Below, one piece after another: positions 63,879 through 64,000 of a stretch of DNA of 64,000 bases (within the stretch, counting starts at the first letter, position 1; every line of letters begins with the position of its first letter). The stretch is from contig NC_087251.1 of the NCBI RefSeq assembly GCF_037042905.1, forward strand, positions 28,026,001 to 28,090,000. Reading direction: 5' to 3'. Source of the stretch: Lytechinus pictus. Lineage: Eukaryota. The position numbers and the translations under genes were made by a program. The notes below the pieces were generated by a model that had not been told where the DNA came from, did not search any database, and saw only the letters and a list, made by a program, of their open reading frames with translations.

Positions 63879-64000
63879 CTAATGTTTGATCAAGACTAGG
63901 TTCACCTACTACTATGATGACCAGATGACAGGGTTAGGTTGACCTTTGACACTTAATACTGACATATTACTGCCTCATTGAGAAGGCTGACAGGGTTTAG

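Larger units (their letters stand above)
62558..64000 (+). repeat. Degenerate ~55-65-bp tandem array starting in the FANCM last codons, interrupted by MITEs
   Basis: Consensus ~tgatgaac.gatgac.gggt.aggttgacctttgatcatga; about 8 units; runs off the window end. Confidence 0.7.

Overview
AT-rich, intron-rich animal genomic DNA. The repeat repertoire suggests a marine deuterostome such as a sea urchin (inference). Three spliced genes were reconstructed by hand with consistent GT-AG phases: AHSA1 (+, 10 coding exons, 6179-18138, ~348 aa), a DMAC2/ATP5SL-like mitochondrial LRR protein (-, 5 coding exons, 27236-23754, ~288 aa) and FANCM (+, 24 coding exons, 31937-62584, ~2667 aa). Introns and spacers hold many nested, mostly non-autonomous mobile elements: hAT-, Harbinger-, CACTA-, Kolobok-, piggyBac- and Tc1/pogo-type MITEs, three Helentron/DINE-1-like elements with ~163-bp repeats, LINE relics and tRNA-derived SINEs. 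Most notable: (1) a 2-kb Transib-type element with a perfect 5-bp TSD and V(D)J RSS-like ends, ~110 bp upstream of the DMAC2 start codon; (2) a decayed Polinton/adintovirus penton-like gene and an internally deleted pogo transposase in FANCM intron 7; (3) a tRNA-derived fold-back element; (4) two abutting near-perfect hairpins in AHSA1 intron 1; (5) tandem repeats seeded from FANCM exon ends. Family assignments rest on motif recognition, not database searches.
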